Part shown: positions 11,842 through 25,096 of the stretch, in pieces | How the letters are laid out: every line of letters begins with the position of its first letter | Position numbering within the stretch: the first letter of the stretch is position 1 | Source of the DNA: Octopus sinensis | Lineage: Eukaryota | NCBI RefSeq assembly: GCF_006345805.1 | Contig: NC_043006.1 | Coordinates: 35,402,001 to 35,466,000 of the forward strand | DNA length: 64,000 nucleotides | Direction of reading: 5' to 3' | Translations under genes and position numbers: made by a program | The notes under the pieces: model-generated | Told to the model about the DNA's origin: nothing | The model's input: the letters and a program-made list of their open reading frames with translations, nothing else | Databases searched by the model: none

Positions 11842-12984
11842 CCATATCTTTATGCCTTTGTTGAGATTCGTCGCCTGCTCGTGAAGATACATCAAATAAA
11901 GGAAATGGAAAAAAAATTTGTTAACTTATTTAAAGGTGTAGTGAATTTTTGTTTTCATCTGTGATGAATGTGTCATGTGATTATTCATATTGTTGTCAGT
12001 GTTTAAGTGCTGTCTGTTCTTCTTTTACATATCGATAGGTGGCTGTAGTTAGAGTTAATCACGTGGTTGATTGTACTGTTGATAATTTCCGTTTTTCCAA
12101 TCAGTTATCAATAGGTTGTTCTTCCAGCCACGTGACCTATATCATTTCAAAAGCGCCTCCAAACGCACGAACGACAAAGTTATAAACGATACCACACACA
12201 CACACACACACACACACCACAACCATCAGTATATAATTGTTTGAGACCAAGGTTACCATCAATAACACTGCCAACTCCTAGTTTAGCTCTTCAGAAATAA
12301 CATCTGCTGATACCACTCTCATCGAGCTACATTCTGCTCGAAAGACGTCATTGATTCTAAGACGTGTTATATGGTGTTTCTTGGACAGCTCCGGACCAGG
12401 CGGTGACGATTTCTCTCCTGTCCGGTTCGCAGAAATTTCCTTCGGAAGTGGAAGAGATGCAAGACCACACTGAAATTTTATTTAGTTACTATAGCGCGGA
12501 AAGAAGGAAACCAAAATTGACTCATCAAAATTTGAACTCAGAGCGTATGACAACAAAAGATGCATCACAATATTTTACAGCTGATGGAGTAACGATCTCC
12601 TAAGATCGCCTCCTTTACACAAGCACACTCTTGCATGCGTTGTATATATGTATATATATATATTATATATATATATATATCTATATATATAATGTGTGTG
12701 TGTGTGAGTGTAAATATGTATATATATATATACATACATACATACATGCATGAATACCTACATGCATGCATACATACATATATACATTCCCACATACATG
12801 CATACATACACGTCCTTCCTCACTTTACTACTACTGCTGCCTAGAATAACACCTATTCAAATATTTATGAATACAATACATTCAAAAGATATCTCAAGAA
12901 TTCAATCACGACTTCCGTCCACAACATGTCACTTTCAGGGCACTTGACCATTTAACATCCTACTACTATCATACTACTCCCGAA

Positions 12985-13168
12985 TTCTCTTCTTCTTCTT
13001 GTTCTTGTTCTTCTTGTTCTTGTTCTTCTTGTTCTTGTTCTTGTTCTTGTTCTTGTTCTTATTCTTGTTCTTGTTCTTGTTCTTGTTCTTCTTCTTCTTC
13101 TTCTTCTTCTTCTTCTTCTTCTTCTTCTTCTTCTCTTCTTCTTCTTCTTCTTCTTCTTCTTCTTCTTC
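12985..13168 (+). repeat. Compound (CTT)n/(GTTCTT)n microsatellite
   Basis: Direct reading. Confidence 0.95.
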
Positions 13169-13313
13169 CAAGAATTCACAACAAGCTCGAACCCACAAGA
13201 GTAAACAAGAGAAACAGAGACAGGCAGAAACAAGGAAAATGCCCATTGTATTTGAATACTATGCAAGTATTCTATTAAAACACTTTTCTTACTTTTCAAA
13301 TTAATTGTTTTCC

Positions 13314-13408
13314 TTCCATACTTATAGTTGAAAAAGTCGGATGATTGAAACCGGTACTGAAATGTTTTTTATAAATTATTTTAGCATTTTTCTACCTTGA
13401 CTTTTTTT

Positions 13409-13445
<37 letters not shown>

Positions 13446-13868
13446 TATATATATGGAAGAATTATAAAATTATTTTTAGCATTTTTTACCTTGACTTTTT
13501 TCATATATATATAATATATTATATATATATATATATACGTATTTTAAGCAGCAGAAAATTCAACAAACTGTTACTCTGAGTTTCTCGTTGCCGTTCATCA
13601 GACAGTTTTTGCTAGAACGGCAACGAGAAACTCAGAGTAACAGATTTGTTGAATTCTGTGCTTAAAAAAAGCATATTACTCTAAACCTACACTGGTATTT
13701 GAGTACTCTTTTTCCACCTTGTTTTCACATTTAGTTACTCCGGTATATATATATATATATCTATAAACTATGGAAAAAAGTCAAGGTAAAAAATGCTCAA
13801 AAAATTTTATAAAAACATTTCAGTACCCGTTTCAATCATTCCGACTTTCAACGCTAAGTATGGAAACA
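13314..13868. repeat. Nested inverted repeats of two PLE-like non-autonomous families
   Basis: Outer arms about 13314-13410 and 13770-13868; inner arms about 13543-13600 and 13615-13668. Confidence 0.85.
13565..13608 (-). ncRNA. Minimal type I hammerhead ribozyme, family 2
   Basis: Minus strand: AAACUGU CUGAUGA A CG GCAA CG A GAAA CUC A GAGUA / ACAGUUU. Stem I 7 bp, stem II 2 bp with GNRA loop, stem III ACUC/GAGU, GUA site. Confidence 0.72.
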
Positions 13869-14274
13869 TATATATATATATATATATACGATATAATATA
13901 TATATATATATATATTATATCTGGAATTATCCAATAATTTTTTGCTAGTTTACTTATCTCTTTTGTCTTCTCTCCTGGTGCTGTATGAACAGTAATGTGG
14001 TTCTAGAGCAAGCTGTGGCTGCTACATCTAGCATGATGGTGTCTTTTAGATACCCATAATCATAGTTTTAATAATAATTATTACCTATGAGGTTTTTATT
14101 CCCATACTAGACACTTGATATGATCAGTATTTTAAATAACTATCTTATCCTTATTTATATAAATTTATATATATATATATTGTATTTCGGTCATTTTGTT
14201 TTGCCAAATAAACACCCGCGCTATATATTTGTTCTCTCATTTATTACTGTTCTTATTCTAACTCATGTCCATCG

Positions 14275-14316
14275 TCCGGAAATCTTTTGTCACACATCTG
14301 TGACCTCTTCAGCGGA
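14275..14316 (-). ncRNA. Minimal type I hammerhead ribozyme, family 3 (G12A core change)
   Basis: Minus strand: UCCG CUGAAGA G GUCACA gaug UGUGAC AAAA GAUUUC / CGGA. Stem I 4 bp, stem II 6 bp. Confidence 0.6.
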
Positions 14317-14399
14317 ACTTTTCCACTTCGCGTGTGCTTTTACTCTACTTATTTCATTCAATATACAGAAGTAGAACTCACACGAACATGAAAACCGTC

Positions 14400-14600
14400 A
14401 CGAATGATTCCGCACAATGGACGTCACATCACAAAACTAAGACAGAACGATTTCACTTCAACTTACCCTGCTCCCGTTAACATCATACCAAAGATTTCAT
14501 ATCATTCTCTAATAACTTCCGGTAAACTACCTATACCCGGATATATCTCTAGAAACAATAACTTTTTACTCGAATGGGCTATGATGCTCCACAAAATAAC
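14400..14600 (+). mobile_element. Penelope-like RT remnant
   Basis: TMDVTS at 14414-14431 (PLE RT motif MDVTSLYTNI) and SRNNNFLLEWAM resembling LxNNxF...AMG; heavily decayed. Confidence 0.4.
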
Positions 14601-14724
14601 TGTGATAAGAAATTAAATGTCTTGTCTAAGGTTGTTATTAAATTGACTATGGTCTGAGTCAATTATGGCAGAAACCTTTCTAAGTATTCTAAGTAAATAT
14701 GTGTGCATATACACGTTATATATA

Positions 14725-14783
<59 letters not shown>

Positions 14784-14790
14784 ATATATT

Positions 14791-15030
14791 GTTTTCCCTA
14801 CATGCCTACGTGAATTGTTTTTGAGTATACATTGTCTGGGAGACTCTCTTATAGTAGGGGAATAGCTAAATTCTTTGGCTGCTATTTCTAAAGTTCGGTT
14901 GTGGTAAAGTATTTTTTTGCTGAACCCTTATTATATAAAGTAATGTTTAAATTTACCATAAATGGTCCTTTTACATATTGAACACTGGTTGGTAAAATTA
15001 TTAATTACTAATTAATTAATTTTACCCTTA
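14791..15030 (+). repeat. Non-inverted copy of the repeat family forming the 7515 palindrome
   Basis: Shares GCTGCTATTTCTAA, AAATGGTCC.TTTACATA and the terminal hairpin GGTAAAATTA...TAATTTTACC. Confidence 0.8.
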
Positions 15031-15068
15031 TTATTATTGACTATATATAGATATATATATATATATAT

Positions 15069-15115
<47 letters not shown>

Positions 15116-15593
15116 ATGTGGTGAATATAGAAAATAGAAAGAACACATGATACATATCTGAAATATAATATGCCGGATGATTAAAAGACGGAATAGTCAA
15201 GTCTAGAACGCCTTTTACTCAAACATCTGCCAGACCATGAATGACCTTGGGACAAGGTTACAACATACACAACAACATAACATCTTACGTCTATATTTAG
15301 TAAAACTGATATTTTATTTATTTCGGATATCACGATTGGCTATCTTAAAATGAACGTTCTAAACAAGATGTCCATTTGGATCGGATATAACTGAAGCTAT
15401 AACTGGATTGCTTAAATCTTGTTGTTAATATGCAGCAACATCTTTAAACCTTCTTCATGTTTAATTGTATTATTTTTAGAATTAAACAGTCCGTAATGTC
15501 GTTGACCCTCGTTGCTTATGGAACACGGAAGTTTTATGGATTCATTGCCGTCATCACCCACGCGTCTTCCTTTATCGTTGTCATATCGGCAGC

Positions 15594-15624
<31 letters not shown>

Positions 15625-15804
15625 TCAATCATCATCATCATCATCAACATCATCATAATCATTCTCTCCTGAACATCAATATATCCGCATCGTTATTGCG
15701 ACACCCATACTTCTATGAACTGAATGATAACAGCAATGAGAAAAAAAAAGAACAACAACAACAACAACAACAATAATAATAATGATGATGATGATGATGA
15801 TGAT

Positions 15805-15945
15805 GATTCTTTCTGCTAAAGCCTACATATTGGCGGAGGGATTGGAGTGGACTAGAAGATAACATCGACACCAGTGTTTCGCTAGTACTTAATTCATCGA
15901 CCCCGAAAGGATAAAAGACATAGTCGACCCGGGCGGAATTTGCTT
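15805..15945 (-). mobile_element. SINE family C fragment (Meta-like domain)
   Basis: GTACTTAATTCATCGACCCCGAAAGGATAAAAGACATAGTCGACC matches the family core. Confidence 0.7.
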
Positions 15946-16296
15946 GTTAAAATCTCACAAAATCATGCTCAACATAATAACTTGGGCTATAGTGCCTGGT
16001 TTAAGCGGAGGCCACAGACAAAAGTTGCAGCTTCTTTTGAGGGATCACATTGTGAGATATCATCTGTATGAACCACCAAATGTTTTAATCAGACCAGAGA
16101 CTGTCTTGCGAACACTTTCACACACTCACACGTCGAAGGGCGTTGCACACAGTTGATCTTATTGGGAGTTCAGAAAGGTGAGGTAAACAGGCTGATAAAA
16201 GTCTGGACAGTAGCATGTAAATACACATGCAGTATATATAGTTAGATATAGATATAGAGAGGGAAAATATCCATAGTGGCCCTTTATAAAGATACA

Positions 16297-16327
<31 letters not shown>

Positions 16328-16644
16328 GTGCATACATGCATACATACATACATACATTGCCTAAATACCAATCTTGAGAAATTAGGCTTCTCAAAATCAG
16401 AAAGGGGAAAGCTTATTTGGAGGCTACGGATCCAACCATCAATAGAACTGTAAAAACAAAACCTGTAGACCTTCTAGAAGTTTACCATTTAAGTATATAT
16501 GAGCATGTCTAGTTATGTAAATATATACATGAGAATACATACAGAACACAAAACATACAAATATGCACGTATACATACATACATACATACATACATACAT
16601 ACATACATACATACATACATACATACATACATACATACATACAT

Positions 16645-17140
16645 GGTGGCTGTCCCCGCGTTATCGAGTATGGCCATTGCACGAAGCTTAATCAATGTTG
16701 TTATCGTGCAATGCCTGTGCAAGAAGATTTTTTTAAAGTGGAGAAATGCTGTGAACTGAGTCAATCCCACTCACTAAGCAACAGTAGCCATAATCCGAAA
16801 AGAAGAACAAGTCAACATCACCGGTAACCACTGTGCCGCAGGTTTTATATCGGAGTTATCCCAGTTACCTGAGTTACCTTCTCCTAGAAGGATGCCCTAA
16901 CAAAGGCTAGGAGTCTTTCACTCCCAATGGTTTAACCGCGCGATCGGGTTTTCAGTCCGATTATTTCTATGTCTCCGTGCATGATCCAGCCTCAAGACAT
17001 TTCTTGGATAGCCGTTGACTCTCAAGTGTTCCTCCGCCCTTTGACAGGTTTTTATTTTTCATCCCGCTGGGTGTCGAATAAACACCCTCCTCACCAAGCA
17101 AGCTTGGTGGGGTTGCCGGTTATACATACATAAATACATA
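16645..17140 (-). mobile_element. Probable 5' fragment of an RTE-type LINE embedded in (TACA)n
   Basis: Minus strand TCTAGGAGAAGGTAACTC resembles RTE 5' UTRs; flanked by TACA arrays at about 16570-16642 and 17143-17270. Confidence 0.4.
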
Positions 17141-17513
17141 CATACATACATACATACATACATACATACATACATACATACATACGTACATATATACATA
17201 CATACATACATACATACATACATACATACATACATGCATATATACATACATAGATACATAGATACATACATTCAAAAACACACTGTTGATGTTGAAATTC
17301 CAATGAAGAAGTATTGGATCTAGGTTACAAACCGACTCTTTCTCTATTGGCAAGAAATATTGAAATAAAACTGAACATACATACATACATTCATACATGC
17401 CTTCACCTCTTAATTTTCTGTACAATTTGTACTCCATGTAAATTTATTTATTTTGTGAATATATAAATATTTCTACATTGTTAACATCTGAATAGCTTCA
17501 TTTAATATCTCTC

Positions 17514-17559
<46 letters not shown>

Positions 17560-17595
17560 CCTCTCCTCTATATATATATAGAGAGATATATTATC

Positions 17596-17630
<35 letters not shown>

Positions 17631-18053
17631 GTATATATATGTATATATATATATATATATATATACATATATTATGTATGTATGTATGTTGTATGTATGT
17701 ATGTATGTATGTATGTATGTATGTATGTATGTATGTATGTATGTGTATGTGTGTACATGTATGTGTCTATACTTCATGTATGTTTGTGTAAGGAGAGAAA
17801 GCAAGAGAATGGTGAGAAAAATTTGAAATTACGCCTACGATATCAGCGGATGTGTTTACGCGCGCGTGTATGCGTGTGTGTTTGTGTGTGTGTATAAATG
17901 AATTTAGGTGTGTGTATAAATGAAAATTGCTTTTTCTTGTTCATGCACATAAGAGGTAAATCATGCCAATACTAGTTCTAGGAATCGGCAGGTGGATCTC
18001 TGAGAATCTGAGTAACCTTTCTGGAACAAACTAAATCTAAGAATACAAGTAAT

Positions 18054-18286
18054 AATGATGATGATGATGATGATGATGGCAGTGATGAGAAGGGGGGGGA
18101 GAAGGTGGAGGAGGAGAGGAAGAAGACGACGACGATGACGACGACGACGACGACGAAGAAGAAGAAGAAGAAGAAGAAGAAGAAGAAGAAGAAGAAGAAG
18201 AAGAAGAAGAAGAAGAAGAAGAAGAAGAAGAAGAAGAAGAAGAAGAAGAAGAAGAAGAAGAAGAAGAAGAAGAAGAAGAAGAAGAA
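18054..18286 (+). repeat. Compound (GAT)n (GAC)n (GAA)n microsatellite
   Basis: Direct reading; long pure GAA tract at about 18155-18286. Confidence 0.97.
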
Positions 18287-18790
18287 TAGGTGGGACTGGC
18301 TGATGAAATGAGCCCTAAAAAGAAAGAGACCGAGAACATTATACTGGCAGCTCAAGGTCAATCTTTGGCCACGAACTGGGGAGTGAACCTTAGGAATGAG
18401 GAAGTGTCTCCGTTGTGCCGCATCTGCAGCAGAGTGGATGATACCATTGTTTATATCGCGAACGAATGCCCTAGACTTGCCCCCAAACCACAGCAAGTTA
18501 CGGCGACACGACCAATTAGCGAATGTGGTACACAGGAAACTGCGCGAAAAGTGGGGCGGGGGCTAGAAACAGGTAAGACGTGGTATGAATACAAACCGCA
18601 GTGAGAGGCAGAGCCGAAGACTTGCAAAATCCTGTTGGATTTTCCAATCTAAACAAATCAGGTGCGAGAGCTCAATTGAGTGGACCTAGTGGTAGTGGAG
18701 AAGGTGCACCATGGTTGCTACATACTTGATGTTGCATGCCCATTGGACTCACGAATAGGCAAGGAGGAAGGCGAAATGATAGATATGGGC
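18286..18790 (+). mobile_element. Decayed R4/Dong-type LINE fragment
   Basis: ETENIILAAQGQSL, CRICSRVDDTIVYIANEC, WYEYKP, DLVVVEK, ILDVACP. Confidence 0.8.
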
Positions 18791-19344
18791 ATGCATATTT
18801 ATATAGGTGGCACCTTCCACTGCTACATTAAAACCAACTGAACATAGCATAGTAACATCACTATTATAACTTAAATAATAATCATTTGTTAATATACCTG
18901 CGCGTTTACAATGCTGGTAACTCCATTTCTTTGTCACCGCGTACCCGAAACAGCTGTAAAGGTATAGCTTCAATTTTCTTCCCTTATACTTGCTTTTTTA
19001 TGTATGATATCTCTCGATGTCTACTTGGTTATAAGGGACTACTATAGAATATCTTCTTACTTTCTCCTTAGTACGTTTCATATAACTATTTGTAGAGCTT
19101 ATTTATATAGATTTGTTACCATAAACAATCTCCTTTTCAGCTTCTGTTGTGTCTTTATACGTATATCTATCTACTTTTCTATATATATATTTGTGAAGAA
19201 AGCATGCAAAGACGTATATGTATGTATTCCTACACGCAAACACACACATATGTATTATATATATGCGGACGATCAATTTATACATTTCGCTGGAGGCACC
19301 CTCTTCTGCTCTTGTTGTACACAAGCATACAAATATGTACAAAT

Positions 19345-19421
<77 letters not shown>

Positions 19422-19989
19422 TATGAACATATATATATATATATAAATATATATATATTATATATGTGTGTGTGTGAGTGTGTGCGTGTGTGTTGGTGTA
19501 TGTGTGTTATGTACCAGGTACGTGCACGGTGTTTGTATATGCACAAGCATAGAATGCCTCTGGTTTTTGAACAACAATATGTATGTAGTTCTTTGATTAT
19601 CTATACGTATGTGTTGGCCAATCTGTCTCTCAGCCGGTCTGCTTCTGTGCCTGCCTGTCTGGTTGTCTGGCTATGTCTGTATCAATCAATCGATCAATAC
19701 GTGTGTCTCAATATTTGGCTCATCATATTATTCACATGGGAATCTACAGAAAAGAAAGGAAATACTGCGCTAGATTTGGGTACGATGTCGTTGCCACCGG
19801 GAAACTTACATACCGAAAGAACAAATTTACATCAATAATCACCAGTGATGCGTAAACCGATCTCAGGCAGAGCATCTGGCAGTGTCACCACCAGCATCAC
19901 TAATACAACCAACAGAAGCTACATCAGTAAAAATATTTACTGAAGATGATTCTGTTATTTTTCCCGCTCCGTTGCACTATAAGACCTTA

Positions 19990-20640
19990 CATACTTCTTA
20001 GAACGGACTAGGTTTTGGACTAGGCTCAATAATTTTTGTTCAATAGCTTGAGTTTGTTAGAACGCTTTATGTTTTCTTATTTTTAAGGTAGCGATGGTTT
20101 TCTCTTCGATATATCTCTGTTTTATTTATATTTGTACATGTCTGTGCTTCTTAGCTAGAAGCATGACACGAATTGTAATATTTGAGATGTAGTTGTAATG
20201 AACATATGCTAATGTTCCACCGCTATTCTTTGTCAATTAATTTCCAGACAGTGTTTATGTCTTTAACACTGTGGACATCACCAGACTGGATTGTACGGTC
20301 TAGATATCGAAAGCATTATGATATCTTTTAGGCAACTGATGGTGGGATTGTTTGATGTATTTGTCTGTTAATCTTTTATATATTGTGTTCACATTGTTCT
20401 AAGTTGTCATTCATAATGTTGAACTATTAAAGAGTTCTTGTTTTCTTGGTTAACAGTTGGCATTTTTATTCTATATATTACACCATACTTTGATATCGTG
20501 TGATTGTTCCTCATTTGGGATTTTAATTATGGCGAGGGTAATAATTTTCCCAGAGTTTCTAGCTTAATGATATTTTGGTGTATATAATCACCGACCTCAT
20601 TTTCAGTCTTAATCACTCCTTCTTGGCTGTCGAGTTTTAC
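19990..20640 (-). mobile_element. Possible Penelope-like RT remnant
   Basis: Minus strand IHQTIPP (about 20338-20367, like KIHKPxxPIRP) and TDMY.NI (about 20115-20148, like DIxNMYTNI); very decayed. Confidence 0.35.
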
Positions 20641-20749
20641 GAAGAAGTCATCATTGAGTTTATGTGTACTCAGGCCGCTCGATGATGCCCAGCTATATAT
20701 ACGCTACGTCGAACTTCATATTTGCTCATTTACTGACACCGTACTATTC

Positions 20750-20785
20750 CTTTCTGTCGAAGAGCTTAGGCTCGAAACGTAGAAG
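20750..20785 (+). ncRNA. Hammerhead-like motif, family 4 (A6U variant)
   Basis: CUUU CUGUCGA A GAGC uuag GCUC GAAAC GUA / GAAG; second copy at 61644-61679 (-). Confidence 0.55.
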
Positions 20786-21962
20786 ACACTTCCATTTCCG
20801 TTAAACTAATACACTTTGTTGTTCCTAACCCCGTCTTAGTCATTGTTTTTTCTATATATTTGAACCATGATATAACGCTCAGCTTTTTAAGCATAGGCGA
20901 TAACAGATCGCCTACATAGCGTCTCGAATTGCTGCTGCCCACTAACGTCAATGCCATTTTATCAATCATCACGACGTATCCTTTTTTGTCTGTGTACAAG
21001 CACTACGAGACATCTGACAACAACTAAAACAAAAACCAAAAGAGCTTTCTGATCATTTCTCTCGAGAGCCAAAGCTAACATTTCGTCCTCACATATTCTA
21101 ATAGTATCGAATATATATCTATATGCGTACTTATATGCTGAGACGAGTTTACGCCTTTTTGGAATATGTTTGCACATATATGAATGTGTATGATCAGGAA
21201 TGCGAAATTCATTTATTCATGTCTATACATGGTCGGATTTATAGACATATCAAATATACTACAACTACCACCATCGTCACTCCAGTACACCACTCCAACG
21301 CCGACACCAAGGCTATCACCACCACAAACAATAGCAACAATATCGTCTCACTCATTATCTCTTCGACTAATATACCAACCCTAGAACTATCAGCAAAACG
21401 GAGAGCCCCAATATAGTCCTACCACCTGCTAGAAAGGGTGCTCAAAATGTACTTCAGATCATGTTCTACTCGTCATAGAGGAGGACACGTTGGATTATAG
21501 AATCTAGAGTTCTTTAAGTATCGGATAAAACAGGAAGGTCACTGCTGGAATTGTTTATAATGATGAAATGTTTGAACTAAACCTTCGCTCACTCCCACCC
21601 TCAAGTCGTTGTTGCCTGAATAATTTCATGGTGTCCCACAGGGCAGGTGTTGGAGTGATCAAAGAGCAACGTGAGATGATGGCATTTGCTCAAGAATGCA
21701 ATGCACCATCCGGTTCCAAAACTTAAACTAGTAGGCCATACACCATCGACGAATAATGAAGTAACTTAATCCTAAATATAGTCTATCTTTAAAAAATACA
21801 TTTTAACAATAGTTCTGCTCTAATACGTCAGGCTTGGATCGAAACAGTAACAAAGGCAATAACTCCAGTCCTTCTGAACACCAGCACCATCACAACGCCG
21901 ATCAACACTACCAAAAGCAACACATGCAAACGATCTTCGCATTCACCTATTCAGAAGGGGTA

Positions 21963-22330
21963 GCCGCAGGCACGGCTGTGTGGCTAAGGAGATCTCTTTG
22001 CAGCCACGGGGTGTCGGATTAAATGCGGCTGCGTTACACGACAGGTAAGTATCTTCTATTATAGCCTTGGGCCTACGAATGAGAATTTGGTAGAGGGAAA
22101 CTGGGTGAAATTCTGTCGTTTATATATGTGAGTGTGTCTTGCTTATGTGCTTCTCCCATCCCAAACCGGTGTTGATTTGTCTATACTTATTGCTTAGCGG
22201 TTCGGCAAAACAGACAAATAGAATCAGTACCATATAATAAAAATACTGGGGTTGCTGTGATCGACTGAATTGCAAAAGGTGATACCCCAGCATGGCCACA
22301 GTGCAATGACTGAAGCAATAAAAGGAAGAC
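21963..22330 (+). mobile_element. SINE family A, old diverged copy
   Basis: Colinear with 2158-2513 but with many substitutions. Confidence 0.65.
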
Positions 22331-22448
22331 TATAACGAAACATATCCCTTAAATGAGGCTCAACCTGATTTGAAGGAAATGTAACCCTAGATATAGAATT
22401 TAGGAAGGAACAGTTGTTTGGTCATAATTGGAACGCTTTCGTTTATAT

Positions 22449-22612
22449 AGGTGCAGGAATGGCTGTGTTGTAAGTAGCTTGCTAACCAACCACATGTTTC
22501 CGGTTTCAAGCCCACTGCGTGGCACCATGGGCAAGTGTCTTCTAATATAGCCTCGGGCCGACCAAAGCCTTATGAATGGATTTGGTACATGGAAGCTGAA
22601 AGAAGCCCGTCG

Positions 22613-22644
<32 letters not shown>

Positions 22645-22870
22645 GTGGTGTGTGTTTGTGTATCTATTTTCCCCCCAACATCGCTTGACAACCGATGCTG
22701 GTGTGTCTACGTCCCCGTCAATTAGCCGTTCGGCCAAAGAGACCGATCGAATAAGTACTAGGCTTACGAAGAATAAGTCCTGGTGCTTATTTGCTCGACT
22801 AAAGGCGGTGCTCCAGCATGGCCGCAGTCAAATGACTGAAACAAATAAACGAATAAAAAAGAATAGAAGA
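22449..22870 (+). mobile_element. SINE family A, near full length
   Basis: Family head, core, internal TA/TG repeat and GAATAAGTACTAGGCTTAC tail. Confidence 0.88.
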
Positions 22871-23230
22871 ATCTACCCATTTATTGATGAACTGTGACTA
22901 ATCAACTACAACAAGAACAACGTCAATGCAACCAACACCGCGAACACCAACACCAACACCATTATCAAACCACGTGAAATATGTGCGTAGTTTCTGGACT
23001 GCTTCGTTAAGTCAATGCTTACTTTCATTTATATAAATATATATTGGTTAATAGGGTCTCTAATGTATCAAAACAACTGGAAGATGATGATAGGAAGACC
23101 TTTGAACAGGTCTGAACTGCAACGACTATATGGCTGCCAACCTCGACATCAACAACAACAACAACAACAACAACATCAATAACAACAAACAATTATTATG
23201 AACAGCCGACCAATGCCAAGAACCAATACA

Positions 23231-23279
<49 letters not shown>

Positions 23280-23842
23280 GAAACCGCAAACTAAAGTACA
23301 ACCAAAACTAAGAACAACGTTCTCATCATCATCATCATCATCATCATCCTCATCGTCGTCGTCGTCGTCATCATCGTCACCGTCCCCGTCATCGTTATTT
23401 CCACGGTAATCATCAGCCTCCTCCACACCCTCTTCCCCTCCTCTCCTGCCTCGTTTTCTTCCACCTCATCATCATAATCACCATCAACATTATCATCATC
23501 ACCGTCAACGTCGTCGTCGTTGCCGTGATCTTCTTCTTCCCCATCGTTAACATCACCACCGCCGCCGCCGCCGCTGCCGCCGTCACCATCGCCATCACCG
23601 TCATCATTACCTTCATCATGACTAGTCGTTACAATAATCCGAAACGAAGTTCCTAAATATAACTCCAGACACTCACTTATCGATCTTTCTAGACTTGGTG
23701 CACGTCTTTAGAGCATTCTTGTTTATAGACAAACTTCTTATCCACCTCCACCTCCTCTTCCTCCCTTCCTCTAACTACTCCTTCATTCAATCCTGTTCTT
23801 CAATGATACAAACCATCTTTCTCTCTCTCTCTTTCACTCAAA

Positions 23843-23920
<78 letters not shown>
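23843..23920 (+). repeat. (CTAT)n microsatellite within a pyrimidine-rich low-complexity block (about 23200-25850)
   Basis: Direct reading. Confidence 0.95.
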
Positions 23921-23922
<2 letters not shown>

Positions 23923-23998
23923 TTCTCCTTCTTTCACTCACTAATTCTCCATCACATTACGGCCCTCTAACCCACAAATTCTCTCTCTTTCTCTCTCA

Positions 23999-24041
<43 letters not shown>

Positions 24042-25059
24042 AGCTCACCTTCCCTTGTTCTCTTGCATTTACTCCACCTATTTTAATTTCGACACACCTT
24101 CTGCTTCTCATCCACGACTTTTCAGCTCTTCCTCTCTATCACTCACTAACTCTTACTCTTACTCTCTCTGTCTCTGTCTGTCTATCTGTCTGTCTGTCTA
24201 TTATTTTTCTCTCTCTCTTTCTGTCTTTCTCTCTCTCCTCCCCATTTTTACTTCTTCATTCACACATCTTACACCCAATCCATTCTCTCTCAAACAACCT
24301 TTGAACTGAAGCCACTCGCCTTATCATCAAGCTACTTTACCTCCCCCCCCTTCCTCCGTCTGCTCTGACTGCATATTTCTCTCTCACTCTTTCCTTCCCT
24401 ATCTCTCTCTCCCTCTCCCCCTCACCCTCTCTCACGCACACACATTTTCTCTCACTACTTCATTCATATCCATTTTCTCTCATCCATTTAGATTTAATAC
24501 CTTACATCGTACTCCACCTTTTTTTTAAATCTCTCCTCCAACTACCCCTCTCTTTAATTCTCCTCTTAATGCGCTGTCTCATACGTTGCTCGTGCTTCAC
24601 TTTGTGCATTTCCAATCCTGTTGCTTCTCTCTTTCATCTTTCCATTCAAGCCTTTCATTTCATATCGTTCCTGCCTTTATTTATCACTCTTTCATTTTCC
24701 CCCCTCATGTTTTGTACTTCATAAACTCTTGTCAGATATGCTGTCAGATAAATTCGTTCGCTTTTTAAAAAAATTTTTTTTTTTTCACAACTTACCACTC
24801 TATTGTTGAATGTGTAAAGAACGATGTAAAATTTTTCCAAACTTCAAAAATAAACAAAAGTTGCGAAGAAAGAACGGAGCTACAAAAACAAAAACCATAA
24901 AACACTATAATAAAAATACTTTTCGTGTTAACTCAAATAACATTGGAAAGGATTAGAATAAATGTAAAAAACAAAAAAAAAAGAGGACGAGCGAAATTAT
25001 CTGACAGACCAAGACCAATACTTAATCTCCAGTTATTCCATTCTCTCTCTTTCTCTTTG

Positions 25060-25096
<37 letters not shown>

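Noticed and set aside
16645-17140. HDV-like ribozyme at the 5' end of the RTE-like fragment
   Set aside because: Two hairpins are present but I could not build the nested double pseudoknot by eye.
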